Source of the DNA: Rhodothermales bacterium
Lineage (GTDB): Bacteria > Bacteroidota > Rhodothermia > Rhodothermales > VXPQ01
Direction of reading: 5' to 3'
NCBI GenBank assembly: GCA_965248175.1
Contig: OZ252093.1
Location: 2,517,762-2,581,761 of the forward strand
Length of the DNA: 64,000 nt
The notes under the pieces were generated by a model, which saw nothing but the letters and a program-made list of their open reading frames with translations, was not told the DNA's origin and did not search any database. The first letter of the stretch is position 1; each line of letters starts with the position of its first letter. Shown one piece after another: positions 38,429 to 48,841 of this stretch. Made by a program: the position numbers and the translations under genes.

Positions 38429-39139
38429 CTATGTCGCCTGCGGTACACTCCGGTCCGGATTGCGATCCACGCCCCGGTGCCGTATATCCACGCCTTCCAC
38501 CAGAAAAACGACAATTTTGCCGATGTTCTTTGCATGATCAGCCATGCGTTCGACCGACTTGCCGATATGAACGAGATGTATAATCTCGTCGGCCTGATCG
38601 GAATAGGTCCGAATAAGCTGCCCGATCATGGTGATCATGTCCTCGTACAGCCGATCCACGCGCTGGTCATACGCTATGATTTTGCGCGCCAGGACCTGAT
38701 CTCTCTGGAAAAAAGCCTCGTGCGCACTTCGCAACATCCAGCGCACCTCGTCCGCCATTTCCCGCATGTTCGTCTTCGACACCAGCTCCACGGGAAGGCC
38801 GGTCACGCACACATGCTTGGCAAGGTTTTTGGCGTGATCGCCTATCCGCTCCAGATCCGTATTGATCTTGACCGCCGAAATAATGAATCGCAGATCGACC
38901 GCAACAGGGGTGAACAAGGCAAGGATGCGCTCGCACTGATAATCCACCTCCAGTTCGAGCCGGTCTACCTCGTCATCCCGTGCCCGCACCTGCTGGGCCA
39001 ACTCCAGATCGTTGCTGGACACAGCATTAATGGCATCGGCTACCTGCTCCTCAACCAGTTCCGACATGCCGGAAAGCAACTGGCGAAGAAGCGCCAACTC
39101 GTCGTCGAGGTGCCGACTTGATTGTGTACGTATCGCCAT
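38429..39139 (-). CDS. phoU: phosphate signalling complex protein PhoU
   Basis: Two PhoU repeats with ...DLERIGDHAKN... and ...SVERMADHAKN.... Confidence 0.9.
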   Translation of the reverse strand: MAIRTQSSRHLDDELALLRQLLSGMSELVEEQVADAINAVSSNDLELAQQVRARDDEVDRLELEVDYQCERILALFTPVAVDLRFIISAVKINTDLERIGDHAKNLAKHVCVTGLPVELVSKTNMREMADEVRWMLRSAHEAFFQRDQVLARKIIAYDQRVDRLYEDMITMIGQLIRTYSDQADEIIHLVHIGKSVERMADHAKNIGKIVVFLVEGVDIRHRGVDRNPDRSVPQAT

Positions 39140-39211
39140 GAATCAATTTTCGCCTTGACTGAGGAACAGGCGACAAAACGTCAGGCAAAACAACCGGATC
39201 GGCATCCCGAC

Positions 39212-40009
39212 CTAACCGAACCTACCAGTGATATAATCTTCCGTGCGCTTCTGTGTGGGGCGAGTGAAAAGTTGATCGGTGGCGTCGGCCTCAACTAACT
39301 CGCCGATGTAGAAAAATGCGGTACGGTCGCTAATCCTTCCGGCCTGTTGCATGTTATGGGTAACGATAATGATCGTATAGCGTTCCTTCAGTTGCAGAAT
39401 TGTTTCCTCCAGTTTGGCCGTGGCGATCGGATCCAGGGAGCTCGCCGGTTCGTCCATCAACACAACATCCGGGGCAACAGCCAGTGTACGGGCAATACAC
39501 AGGCGCTGCTGCTGCCCCCCACTGAGTTCGTAGGCCTGCGCATTGAGCCGATCCTTCACTTCGTCCCATAGTGCCGCTTTCCGAAGACACTCCTCCACAA
39601 GCTCGGCTTCATTGCCTTTGTAGCCATTGACGCGCGCGCCCCAGATAACGTTTTCGGAAATGGTCTTGGGGAACGGGTTCGGCTTCTGAAACACCATCCC
39701 GACACGTCGGCGCACCATGACCGGGTCTGCATTACGGTAAATATCCCGCCCGTCAATGAGCACCCTGCCTTCGAGACGGGCGCCCGGAATAAGCTCGTTC
39801 ATTCGGTTCAAACAACGCAAAAGCGTGCTCTTCCCGCAGCCGGAAGGACCAATGAATGCGGTCACTTCGTTGGCCCGGATGTCCAGTGAAACATTCTTAA
39901 GTACATGGTTCGTGTCGTACCAGAAGTCAAGGTTCTCCACACGCACCTTGGCGGCCTCCGGCGCAGATTGCCCGTTGATCGGCAACACGTTTCGTTCGTT
40001 CATTTCCAT
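39212..40009 (-). CDS. pstB: phosphate ABC transporter ATP-binding protein PstB
   Basis: [28 protein letters not shown]. The typical PstB N-terminus and ...[11 protein letters not shown]-terminus. Confidence 0.95.
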   Translation of the reverse strand: MEMNERNVLPINGQSAPEAAKVRVENLDFWYDTNHVLKNVSLDIRANEVTAFIGPSGCGKSTLLRCLNRMNELIPGARLEGRVLIDGRDIYRNADPVMVRRRVGMVFQKPNPFPKTISENVIWGARVNGYKGNEAELVEECLRKAALWDEVKDRLNAQAYELSGGQQQRLCIARTLAVAPDVVLMDEPASSLDPIATAKLEETILQLKERYTIIIVTHNMQQAGRISDRTAFFYIGELVEADATDQLFTRPTQKRTEDYITGRFG

Positions 40010-40027
40010 AAAATATATTGCGTCTCG

Positions 40028-40906
40028 TTATCTCACCCGGTACTTCTCGAAGTGATTCCGCAGCAGAATCGCACTCAGATTCATAAGAAAAAGCACGATC
40101 ATCAGGATAACGATGCCCGCGGCGGCCAAACCCTGAAAGTCCGCTTGCGGACGCGCCGTCCAGTTGAATATCTGTATGGGCAACACCGTGAACGGGTCCA
40201 GCACACTGGTGGGAAGGAACGCGATGAATGTCAGGGCGCCGATCATAATGAGGGGCGCTGTTTCTCCGATAGCCCGGCTCAATGCAAGAATCACCCCGGT
40301 CATGATACTCGGGGCCGACATGGGCAATAGATGACTCCAGATGACCTGTCGACGCGTAGCGCCAAGCGCAAAGGCGCTCTCCCGAATACCCAAAGGAATA
40401 GCGCGCAACGCCTCCTGGGCACTGATGACGATAATGGGCAAAATCAACAAAGCCATTGTCAAGGCGCCTGCAAGCAGGCTGCGGCCGAGGGCAAAGAAGC
40501 GCACGAAGAGCGCCAGACCCAGAATGCCGTAGACCACCGAGGGAATACCTGCAAGGTTATTGATGTTGATCTGGATCAGTTTCATAAACCAGCCCCGGGG
40601 CGCATACTCTTCAAGATACAGGGCCGAGGCCACCCCGATGGGTACCGATATAGCCGCTGTCAGCAGAATCATCCAGATGGAACCGACAATAGCCGATTTG
40701 ATACCGGCCCGCTCCGGGATACGCGAGGGGAAATGGGTCAGGAAGCCCCAGTCAAGCCATTGCGCCCCCTGCATGACGACATCCACGATCAGCGTGATGA
40801 GCACCACCAGTCCAGACACCGTGGCCACAAACAGCAAGGCGCTGAACATCAGCCCCCTGCGGCGCCGGCTCTCAAGGCGTTCGTCATATTGTTGCGAAGA
40901 GGTCAC
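40028..40906 (-). CDS. pstA: phosphate ABC transporter permease PstA
   Basis: Permease with an EAA-type loop (...RESAFALGATRRQ...). Position in the pst operon. Confidence 0.9.
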   Translation of the reverse strand: MTSSQQYDERLESRRRRGLMFSALLFVATVSGLVVLITLIVDVVMQGAQWLDWGFLTHFPSRIPERAGIKSAIVGSIWMILLTAAISVPIGVASALYLEEYAPRGWFMKLIQININNLAGIPSVVYGILGLALFVRFFALGRSLLAGALTMALLILPIIVISAQEALRAIPLGIRESAFALGATRRQVIWSHLLPMSAPSIMTGVILALSRAIGETAPLIMIGALTFIAFLPTSVLDPFTVLPIQIFNWTARPQADFQGLAAAGIVILMIVLFLMNLSAILLRNHFEKYRVR

Positions 40907-40909
40907 AGA

Positions 40910-41860
40910 TCAGTACTGTTCGCGGTATTTACGAATGATGAGGTTCGCCAGGAAATTCATGCTCAGGGTCATCAGAAACAGCATCAGGCCGACGGCAAAA
41001 AGGCTGTAGAACTCGACGGTCCCCTGCGGCGTGTCCCCCAGGCTCACGTTTACGATGAAGGCCGTCATGGTCTGCACCGATTCCATGGGATTCGCCGTGA
41101 GGTTAGGCATGGCCCCGGCAGCCAGTGTTACGATCATCGTCTCGCCGATAGCGCGGCTAAGCGCCAGAATAAAACTCGCCACGATGCCACTGATCGCACC
41201 CGGAACCATGACCCGCAACACCACCTCAATCCGGGTAGCGCCGAGTGCATAGGCCCCCTCGGCAAGCGAGCGGGGCACCGCACGAATCGCATCTTCGCTC
41301 AATGAAGACACCATGGGAATGATCATGACGCCTACCACAATGCCCGCGCTGAGCGCATTGTAGATATTGAGACCCGGGATGAACGTCTGCAGCAAGGGCG
41401 TCACGAAGGTCAGCGCGAAATAGCCGTAGACGACTGTCGGTATGCCTGCAAGCAGCTCAAGGCCCGGCTTCAGCACCTTGCGTACCCTTGAGGGGGCGTA
41501 CTCGGCGATGAAAATCGCGCTCATGAGCCCGATCGGAAGCGCCACAAGGGCTGCAATGACGGTAACGAGAAGGGTGCCCGATAACAGAGGCCATATCCCG
41601 AAATGCTTCTCTATGAACTGCGGAGTCCATCGCGTTTCGGTCAGAAACTCGACGATGGAAACCTCTGCAAAGAAATTCAGCGATTCGAAAATGAGGACGC
41701 CGGCGATTCCCAGCGTGGTCAGAACACTGATCAGCGCACAGAAGCCCAATACATACTCGACTGCCCGTTCTTTCGGACTACGAAACAAGTTGACGGAGAG
41801 GTCCGCACCACCGTGCATCCTCGCGAGCGATCTTTTCGACACGTGCTGTGAGCCCGCCAT
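40910..41860 (-). CDS. pstC: phosphate ABC transporter permease PstC
   Basis: Permease, ...AEGAYALGATRIE... loop. Position in the pst operon. Confidence 0.9.
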   Translation of the reverse strand: MAGSQHVSKRSLARMHGGADLSVNLFRSPKERAVEYVLGFCALISVLTTLGIAGVLIFESLNFFAEVSIVEFLTETRWTPQFIEKHFGIWPLLSGTLLVTVIAALVALPIGLMSAIFIAEYAPSRVRKVLKPGLELLAGIPTVVYGYFALTFVTPLLQTFIPGLNIYNALSAGIVVGVMIIPMVSSLSEDAIRAVPRSLAEGAYALGATRIEVVLRVMVPGAISGIVASFILALSRAIGETMIVTLAAGAMPNLTANPMESVQTMTAFIVNVSLGDTPQGTVEFYSLFAVGLMLFLMTLSMNFLANLIIRKYREQY

Positions 41861-41876
41861 ACGCCCGTGAAATACC

Positions 41877-43004
41877 CTATTCGCTTACAGGTTGGGAGAA
41901 AAGCGAATCGGACGCCTCGGAGTCAAGTTCCCCGGATGATAATTCCGCAGGCATGTACCGCGTCAATAGTTCACGCATAGTAACGCCCACATGCGCTTCT
42001 TCGCCGAACATAGTGCCTGTGACACGGCGCTCGAAGCGCTCCAGCGCGAGATCATATTCCTCGTCGGTGAGCGGGACATAACCCACTTCCCGGACCAACC
42101 CGCCGGCACGGGCAAGGTAAAAACGGACAAACTCCCGGACAATCTCTTGTTCTGCAGAACCGGGGCGCACATAGATGAACAGCGCACGGGAAAGCGGCGC
42201 ATACGTGCCGTTTTCGACCGTCGCGACCGAAGGCGCCACACACCCCTCCCCATTCTCCGGATCGCCGTCATCAATGCCCAGCAATTTGAGCCGCTCCGCG
42301 TTTTCCTCGTAATAGGCGATGCCGAAGAATCCAAGGGCATCGGGATCGCCGGAAACACCCTGCACAAGCACGTTGTCATCCTCACTCGCCGTGAAATCGG
42401 ATCGGCTGGCGCCTGACGCGCCACCCACGGCTTCGGTAAAATAATCGTACGTACCGCTGTCCGTACCAGGACCATACAAGGCAAGCTCGCGATCGGGAAA
42501 ACCGGGACGTACCTCGTTCCAGTTGTTGATACGGCTTCCGGGCTCCCAGATCGCCCGCAGTTCGTCCACCGTCAGGCATTCGGCCCAATCATTGTCAGGA
42601 TGCACAACCACCACCAAACCGTCGTATGCCACCGGCAACTCGATAAAATCGATATCCCCGCGTGCAGCCAGCTCCATCTCACTGGATTTTATGGCCCGGG
42701 AAGCGTCGTTTATATCGGTCTCGCCCCGGAGAAATTTACTGAATCCGCCGCCCGTGCCGCTAACGCCCACCGTGATCCGGGCTTGCCGATGGGCGATCAT
42801 GAATTCCTCGGCAACGGCCTCCGTAATCGGATACACGGTGCTGGAACCGTCTATTTGAACAGCGCCGGAGAGTTCGCCCTCGGCGGACTCCACTCCACAG
42901 CCGCTTGCTACCATCAGATAAACGGGCAACAGCAAAAGCAGCGTACTATGCAGTACGGAACGTTTCGTCGATACTGTCAGGATAGCGGTCGGGAAAAATA
43001 ACAT
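41877..43004 (-). CDS. pstS: phosphate ABC transporter substrate-binding lipoprotein PstS
   Basis: Lipobox ...[26 protein letters not shown] and GVSGTGGGF motifs. Start placed at ATG 43004; the tracked ORF extends to 43094. Confidence 0.85.
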   Translation of the reverse strand: MLFFPTAILTVSTKRSVLHSTLLLLLPVYLMVASGCGVESAEGELSGAVQIDGSSTVYPITEAVAEEFMIAHRQARITVGVSGTGGGFSKFLRGETDINDASRAIKSSEMELAARGDIDFIELPVAYDGLVVVVHPDNDWAECLTVDELRAIWEPGSRINNWNEVRPGFPDRELALYGPGTDSGTYDYFTEAVGGASGASRSDFTASEDDNVLVQGVSGDPDALGFFGIAYYEENAERLKLLGIDDGDPENGEGCVAPSVATVENGTYAPLSRALFIYVRPGSAEQEIVREFVRFYLARAGGLVREVGYVPLTDEEYDLALERFERRVTGTMFGEEAHVGVTMRELLTRYMPAELSSGELDSEASDSLFSQPVSE

Positions 43005-43110
43005 AGCGGCCGGGAAAGAAAGGATAGAGCGCAGGAGCAGGCTCGAACGCTCCCTGGCGCAGGAATCAGACAGAACTGTGCACGATAATAGCAAGCAACA
43101 AGTCAGGAAG

Positions 43111-43128
43111 TGTTACCGCAATGTTAAT
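43111..43128. promoter_or_regulatory. candidate Pho-box-like tandem repeat upstream of pstS
   Basis: TGTTACC-GCAA-TGTTAAT: two 7-bp direct repeats with 11-bp periodicity in the pstS upstream region. Confidence 0.3.
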
Positions 43129-43308
43129 TTGCCTCATATTGACAATAAGCCGGGGCGCGTGGCATCGCCCTCTCCCGGTCAAGCCAAAGCAATATAGTGC
43201 ACGGGGGCATCCCGGCATACGGACGGAACGGGATATGCCGCCTCCCGTTCCATGCGCACACAGCATGCAAACAGACACGCTGCCCCTTCGGACCATGCCA
43301 CGGCCATC

Positions 43309-44235
43309 ATGCTCCGCCTTGACCATGTCGGTATAGCAACGGCAGATGCCGACCGCGCACTCGAAGTGCTCCGCGATCTGCTGGGCGAATCATGCTACTT
43401 ATCCGAAACGCTCGAAAGGGATGGGGTACATATCTCTTTCGTGTCGAGCGGAGCCGTACAACTCGAGCTGCTTGAAGCGCTCGACGAAACTTCGCCTGTT
43501 GCCCGCTTCCTTCGCCAGCGGGGATCCGGCCTGCATCACCTCGCCTTTGAAGTCGAGGATATCGACGATATGCACCGGCGCGCCCGCGAGGCGGGCTACG
43601 AACCGCTCGAACCGGCGCCGCGCCTCGGCGCGGGCGGCAAAAGGATATTCTTTGTACACCCCGGGAAGACGTCAAATATCCTGATCGAGTTTTGCGCCCA
43701 TGCGAAACCCTGCCTGGCGCCTGTAAAAAGTTCTCTGCCGAAAGGGATCCAACGTGTTTCCCTTGCACCCGGATCTCCGACGCAGACACCCTGTCTGTAC
43801 GTAACGGCTTTGTCCCCGCCTTCCCTGGACCCGCATCAACTTGCCCGACGTTTGACGCCGGGCAGAGTCTGTATGGCAGCGCACATCGAAACCGGCGCCG
43901 TCCCGGATATTACAGCGCTTATCAATATGCTCGGCGCTCGATCCGTTCATCTGCTTGCACAGGGCCTGTCCGCAAAAACGGTTCTTCATACGGCCAAGAC
44001 CGATTCCCGCGTCCATACGGTCATACTGACGGATCCGGACCCGGACGAATTCGAGGACCTGCAGGATCTCCCCACAAACCTGCTCCTCCTAACCGGGAAC
44101 AATGAAGCAGGCCTTCGCACAGCAATGGCCCTGCGCGCTCGACACTCCGCTGTTGCGATCGCCGCGATTTCCGATCCTTGTCTGCGCATGGCCCTTATTG
44201 AACAGCATTTGGCAACGCAATCCGGCCCGGCGTAA
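43309..44235 (+). CDS. VOC-family (methylmalonyl-CoA epimerase-like) domain fused to a ~170-aa C-terminal domain of unknown function
   Basis: N-terminal LDHVGIAT...GLHHLAFEV...RIFFVHP...ILIEF (glyoxalase/MCE fold). C-terminal half not recognised (weak alpha/beta-hydrolase-like HLLAQGLSAK). Confidence 0.7.
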   Translation: MLRLDHVGIATADADRALEVLRDLLGESCYLSETLERDGVHISFVSSGAVQLELLEALDETSPVARFLRQRGSGLHHLAFEVEDIDDMHRRAREAGYEPLEPAPRLGAGGKRIFFVHPGKTSNILIEFCAHAKPCLAPVKSSLPKGIQRVSLAPGSPTQTPCLYVTALSPPSLDPHQLARRLTPGRVCMAAHIETGAVPDITALINMLGARSVHLLAQGLSAKTVLHTAKTDSRVHTVILTDPDPDEFEDLQDLPTNLLLLTGNNEAGLRTAMALRARHSAVAIAAISDPCLRMALIEQHLATQSGPA

Positions 44236-44237
44236 CC

Positions 44238-46100
44238 ATGAACCCGGAGCTGGAAAAGAAAATTGAGCGCCTTCCCCGACTCCCGGGCATCTACCAGCAC
44301 AAGGATGCCGAGGGAAACGTGCTCTACGTAGGCAAAGCCAAAAACCTGCGTAGCCGTGTCCGCTCCTATTTCCGGGAAAGCCAGCCGCATGACGGGCGTC
44401 TGCGCATCATGATCCGAAAAGTCGAGGATGTGGAAGTTATCGTGACGGACACGGAGGCCGAAGCGCTCATTCTCGAAAACAATCTGATCAAGCATCTCAA
44501 GCCGCGTTACAACGTCCTCTTGCGCGACGACAAGACATTTCCCTTCATTTGCATTCGAAACGAGCGATTCCCGCGCGTTTTCCCCACGCGTCGTATTGTG
44601 CGGGACGGATCGAAATACTTCGGCCCGTATACCGACGTGAAGAATATGCACCTGATGCTGCGCACCATCCGTTCGATCTTCCAGTTACGCACCTGCAATC
44701 TGAATCTTGCGCCAGAACCCATCGCCGCCGGCAAATACGATGCCTGTCTCGAATATCACATCAAAAAATGTGCGGCTCCGTGTACGGGACAACAATCCGA
44801 AGCAGACTACAACCGAACGATCGAGCAGGTCGAAAAACTACTGAACGGGCACACGAAAGAGTTGATCGCCCTGCTCCGCGACGAAATGGAGCGCCTCTCT
44901 GAGGAAATGTTGTTCGAGGAGGCCGCCGGATTGCGCGATCGCATCCTCGCCCTCGAAAAATACGCCCGGAAACAGAAGGTCGTGAGTGAAGACGAAGCCG
45001 ACCGGGACCTCTTTGCCATAGAGATCGACAAAAGAGAAAATGTGGCCTGCGGCGTCGTCTTTCAAGTGCGCGAAGGCAAAGTCATCGGGCGGCGTCATAC
45101 CTATATCCATCCGATCGAAGGGTTGCCCGGCAGCGCCCTGATGCAACGACTCGTCGAGGACTATTATGCGGACGCCGTCTTCTTCCCCGGGGAAGTACTG
45201 CTGAGCAGCGAGATCGCCGAACCGGAACCGGTAAAAGAACTGTTGGCGCAACAGCGCGGCAGGAACGTACCTCTCGCCGTACCGCGCCGGGGCCCCAAGG
45301 CCAACCTGATGCGCATGGTGAGCACGAATGCAGCCATGCTCCTCGGGGAATGGAAAATACGAAAGATGAAACGCGGCGAGGATCGTATTCCGCATGCCGT
45401 ACGATCACTGGAGGAAGATTTGCGACTGGAAATATTGCCCCGGCGCATCGAATGCTTCGATATTTCGCACCTTGCCGGTACAGGCACGGTGGCTTCCTGT
45501 GTGGTTTTTCGTGATGGGCGTCCCCGCAAAAGCGAATACCGCCACTACAATATCCGTTCCACCACGTCCGGAAAACCCGACGACTATCAGAGCATGCGTG
45601 AGGTCGTAACGCGCCGATACGCAAACCGGGAAGACATCGACTGGCCCGACCTTGTTGTCATTGATGGAGGAAAAGGACAGCTTTCGGCGGCCGCCGACGC
45701 GCTCCGGACAATCGGAGCCTACGGCAGGTTTCCGCTCATCGGTCTCGCCAAACGACTCGAAGAGGTGTTCTTTCCAGGCGATTCCGCACCGCTGCACATT
45801 CCGAAAGCCAGTACGTCGCTTCAGCTCTTGCAACGCATCCGTAACGAGGCGCACCGCTTTGCCGTCACCTTCCAGCGCACCCAGCGGAAGAAGCGCACAC
45901 TGCACACCTCCCTGCGAGAGATAGACGGCGTCGGCGAAAAGACAGCGCAGAAACTGATCCGGCGCTTCGGATCCGTCAAGCGAGTCGAAGCCGCCGGCGA
46001 AGAAGCCCTGCGCGAAGCCGTCGGCGCGGCAACCGCACGCAAGATCGCCGCCTTTTTCGAGGCCAAACGAGGGGATGCAACTTCGCAACGCTCTGCGTAA
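44238..46100 (+). CDS. uvrC: excinuclease ABC subunit UvrC
   Basis: GIY-YIG N-terminus (PGIYQHKD...VLYVGKAKNLRSRV), UVR domain, C-terminal (HhH)2. Confidence 0.95.
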   Translation: MNPELEKKIERLPRLPGIYQHKDAEGNVLYVGKAKNLRSRVRSYFRESQPHDGRLRIMIRKVEDVEVIVTDTEAEALILENNLIKHLKPRYNVLLRDDKTFPFICIRNERFPRVFPTRRIVRDGSKYFGPYTDVKNMHLMLRTIRSIFQLRTCNLNLAPEPIAAGKYDACLEYHIKKCAAPCTGQQSEADYNRTIEQVEKLLNGHTKELIALLRDEMERLSEEMLFEEAAGLRDRILALEKYARKQKVVSEDEADRDLFAIEIDKRENVACGVVFQVREGKVIGRRHTYIHPIEGLPGSALMQRLVEDYYADAVFFPGEVLLSSEIAEPEPVKELLAQQRGRNVPLAVPRRGPKANLMRMVSTNAAMLLGEWKIRKMKRGEDRIPHAVRSLEEDLRLEILPRRIECFDISHLAGTGTVASCVVFRDGRPRKSEYRHYNIRSTTSGKPDDYQSMREVVTRRYANREDIDWPDLVVIDGGKGQLSAAADALRTIGAYGRFPLIGLAKRLEEVFFPGDSAPLHIPKASTSLQLLQRIRNEAHRFAVTFQRTQRKKRTLHTSLREIDGVGEKTAQKLIRRFGSVKRVEAAGEEALREAVGAATARKIAAFFEAKRGDATSQRSA

Positions 46101-46159
46101 GTTATGGACCGGCTCCCCGGTGCGCCGCCGAACAAACGTTCATCACGTCTCGCTGCGAC

Positions 46160-47170
46160 ATGCTCAACTACATATGGGCCGGCCTGATTATCGCCGCCCT
46201 CGCATTCGCTATCGTTTCCGACCTGCGAGACGCTGCAAGCGACCGGTTCCGAAATGACGCCTCGCTACCGGTCGTCCTGGAGTATCCCGAGGGATACCAG
46301 GACGAGGCACGCCGCGTCCCGGTGCATATCCGGATCGATGCGGAAACGTACCGCTCATTTTACAGCGTCGCGGCCGCCCCCGATTCCGTCTATGAGGGCC
46401 ATATCGTCCGTACGCAAGCCGGCGCCCGCCTTTTTTTCGCCGATGACGCATCGCTGCCGGAACCGCTTCTCCGCATCCGGGACTTTTCCGGGGGCGATGC
46501 CCTGCAAGGGACACTGGACAAGGAAAACGTGTCGAGCGATACGCTCCCTATGGCGCCTGTCGCCACCACTGCGGTCCGGTTCGAGCCTGTGCGTTTCCCA
46601 CACCTGCAGGACATTGCCCAGGCCGCTTTCGATTTTGCAAACACCGCCGTGCAGATTGCGATCAGCCTCATCGGAGTGCTTGCGCTTTTTCTCGGATTGC
46701 TCAAAATTGCCGAGGCCGGGGGGCTCATTCGCCAGATGTCCCGTGTCGTCGAACCTCTCTTGCGCCCGCTCTTTCCCGGTATTCCCAAAGGGCATCCGGC
46801 CTTTGCGATGATCGTACTGAACCTCTCCGCCAACGTACTGGGCCTCGGCAACGCCGCCACACCACTCGGTATCAAGGCTATGGAGGAATTGCAAACGCTG
46901 AATCCCGTCAAGGATACGGCCACAAATCCCATGGTCATGCTGCTTGCGATGAACACGGCCAGCGTGCAGCTGGTCCCGCCGGCGCTACTTGTGGCCGTCA
47001 TAGGGCTTCAGGTAAACGCACTGATCTTCCCCATCATCATTGTCACCGGCGCCTCACTCATCGTTGCCATCGGAACCACCTGGTTCCTTGAACGCACGCC
47101 GCTCTGGAAACGAAGCGACCCGAACGCCGATCCTGGCGACGATACCGAAACCGGGGAGGCGCCGCAATGA
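46160..47170 (+). CDS. nucleoside-recognition (GATE) domain membrane protein, SpmA-like, with a large loop insertion
   Basis: MLNYIWAGLII... and ...NLSANVLGLGNAATPLGIKAMEELQ motifs. About 125 extra residues follow TM1. Confidence 0.75.
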   Translation: MLNYIWAGLIIAALAFAIVSDLRDAASDRFRNDASLPVVLEYPEGYQDEARRVPVHIRIDAETYRSFYSVAAAPDSVYEGHIVRTQAGARLFFADDASLPEPLLRIRDFSGGDALQGTLDKENVSSDTLPMAPVATTAVRFEPVRFPHLQDIAQAAFDFANTAVQIAISLIGVLALFLGLLKIAEAGGLIRQMSRVVEPLLRPLFPGIPKGHPAFAMIVLNLSANVLGLGNAATPLGIKAMEELQTLNPVKDTATNPMVMLLAMNTASVQLVPPALLVAVIGLQVNALIFPIIIVTGASLIVAIGTTWFLERTPLWKRSDPNADPGDDTETGEAPQ

Positions 47171-47715
47171 CCTGGTTCCGCCACTTCATTGATTATTTCT
47201 CCATCTTTGTGCTGCCGCTCATGATCGTGGGGTTGCCGATCTACGGCCTCATCCGGGGCGTGAAGGTCTATGAGGAATTCGTGGAGGGCGCCAAAGAAGG
47301 ATTCCGGGTGGCCGTCATGATCATTCCCTATCTCGTCGCGATTCTCTTCGCCATCGGCATGTTCCGGGCCTCCGGCGCTATGGATTTTCTTGTGGAGACC
47401 CTTGAGCCGGTGCTCGGAGCGCTGGGTTTCCCCCCCGAAATGCTTCCCATGGCGATCATCCGTCCCCTGACCGGATCCGGTTCCGCCGCCGTCGTAGCCG
47501 AAATGGTCACCGTATTCGGCGAGGATTCGATTCTGGTCAAGATGGCGGGCGTCATGTTCGGCTCCACCGAAACCACGTTCTACATCATCGCCGTGTATTT
47601 CGGGGCCGTCAATGTCAAGAAAACCCGCCACGCCGTACCCGCCGGGCTGACCGCTGACATTTTCGCCATGATCTTCGCAGTCTACCTGGTGCAGTGGCTC
47701 TTCGGCAGTGCGTGA
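47167..47715 (+). CDS. nucleoside-recognition domain membrane protein, SpmB-like
   Basis: 182 aa, ...RPLTGSGSAAV...FGSTETTFY... motifs. ATGA overlap with the preceding gene. Confidence 0.75.
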   Translation: MTWFRHFIDYFSIFVLPLMIVGLPIYGLIRGVKVYEEFVEGAKEGFRVAVMIIPYLVAILFAIGMFRASGAMDFLVETLEPVLGALGFPPEMLPMAIIRPLTGSGSAAVVAEMVTVFGEDSILVKMAGVMFGSTETTFYIIAVYFGAVNVKKTRHAVPAGLTADIFAMIFAVYLVQWLFGSA

Positions 47716-47724
47716 GCGGCGCCT

Positions 47725-48825
47725 TCAGCCTTCCCCTGCCACGACCTGTTCCAGCGCCGCGGACAACGTACGCAGTTGCATCCGAAGCGCCGCTGCGAGC
47801 GGCAGTGTACGAATGTCCAACTGCTCCATCTCCTCGTCGATATGCCCGCCCTGCGCAATCCGAAGACGAAGTTTTGCAATGATCTGTTGGGATCCGGTCG
47901 CAGACGACATCCCCCGAACCAGAAAAAGAGGCAGTTCCGTGACGTAGCACAAGGGATCGCCGCCGAGACCCCGTACGTATTCCATAGAACTGCTTCGAAA
48001 AAGCGCCGCCGTTTCCTTATCGTCTCGCGCTTCGAAAAACGCCCGCATAGCACTTCCTTCCGGCGTCGTCCAGAAACCGGGGCCGAGATAGAAAAATCCT
48101 TTCTCCCCTTGCCGGTTGCGATCATAGAGTGACAGGTCCTCGACCTGAGCGGCCTGCCGAAAACGTTCCTGCAAGAGAGCCGCACGGTACCCCCAATGTT
48201 TTTCGATGAGCAGAAGCGCTCCGGCGCTAATACCCATCCCGTGCAAACTCCCGTGCAACACGAAGGGGCCGTGTTTCTGAAGCCACGCAGCGACCGCTCT
48301 GTTCTCCGGGCGCATATCCGGAAAACCGAACTCTATGTCGCGCCCTGGAGGCTCCCGTACCGCATGGCGCAAATATGCCGTCACAATGCCCCCCGCATGA
48401 TCTCCCGGGGCCAGTGTCTCTGATCGGCCCCAGCCCTGCCGCCATGTGCGATTTCGGAACGCTCCGTCGGGATTTGTTTGCGGAATGATAAAGAATCGGA
48501 AGGCATCCAGTAGCGCACTGCACTCGTCCGGATGATTCAGCACACCCGTTACGAACCGCCTCAGAAAGTCCGGACCCACCGGCTCGTCGGCATGATTGCC
48601 TGCGAGCAAACTGACATGCCGGTTTCCTCTTCCCAGCACGACTCCGTCGATCGGGCGGCCTTCCTCGCTCTCGCCTATGCGAACCCAATGCGCCGTGCCC
48701 GGATAAGCCGCCGCCATGCGCCGTATCCGCTCCGCGGCATCGTCAGGTTCAAGAAACTGCTCCGCATCCGCCGAAACAGGAAGGTCGTTCAGGGCATCCA
48801 GCGAAACCCTCAATGCATCGGACAT
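47725..48825 (-). CDS. M14-family zinc carboxypeptidase-like protein
   Basis: LLAGNHADEPVG (HxxE), IIPQTNPDG, a later SLHGMG His ligand. Confidence 0.7.
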   Translation of the reverse strand: MSDALRVSLDALNDLPVSADAEQFLEPDDAAERIRRMAAAYPGTAHWVRIGESEEGRPIDGVVLGRGNRHVSLLAGNHADEPVGPDFLRRFVTGVLNHPDECSALLDAFRFFIIPQTNPDGAFRNRTWRQGWGRSETLAPGDHAGGIVTAYLRHAVREPPGRDIEFGFPDMRPENRAVAAWLQKHGPFVLHGSLHGMGISAGALLLIEKHWGYRAALLQERFRQAAQVEDLSLYDRNRQGEKGFFYLGPGFWTTPEGSAMRAFFEARDDKETAALFRSSSMEYVRGLGGDPLCYVTELPLFLVRGMSSATGSQQIIAKLRLRIAQGGHIDEEMEQLDIRTLPLAAALRMQLRTLSAALEQVVAGEG

Positions 48826-48841
48826 ACTGGTCTCTCCGGAA

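Noticed and set aside
40331-41305. 324-aa plus-strand ORF opposite pstA/pstC
   Set aside because: It is an antisense shadow of two unambiguous permease genes, with a His/Arg/Gln-rich product.
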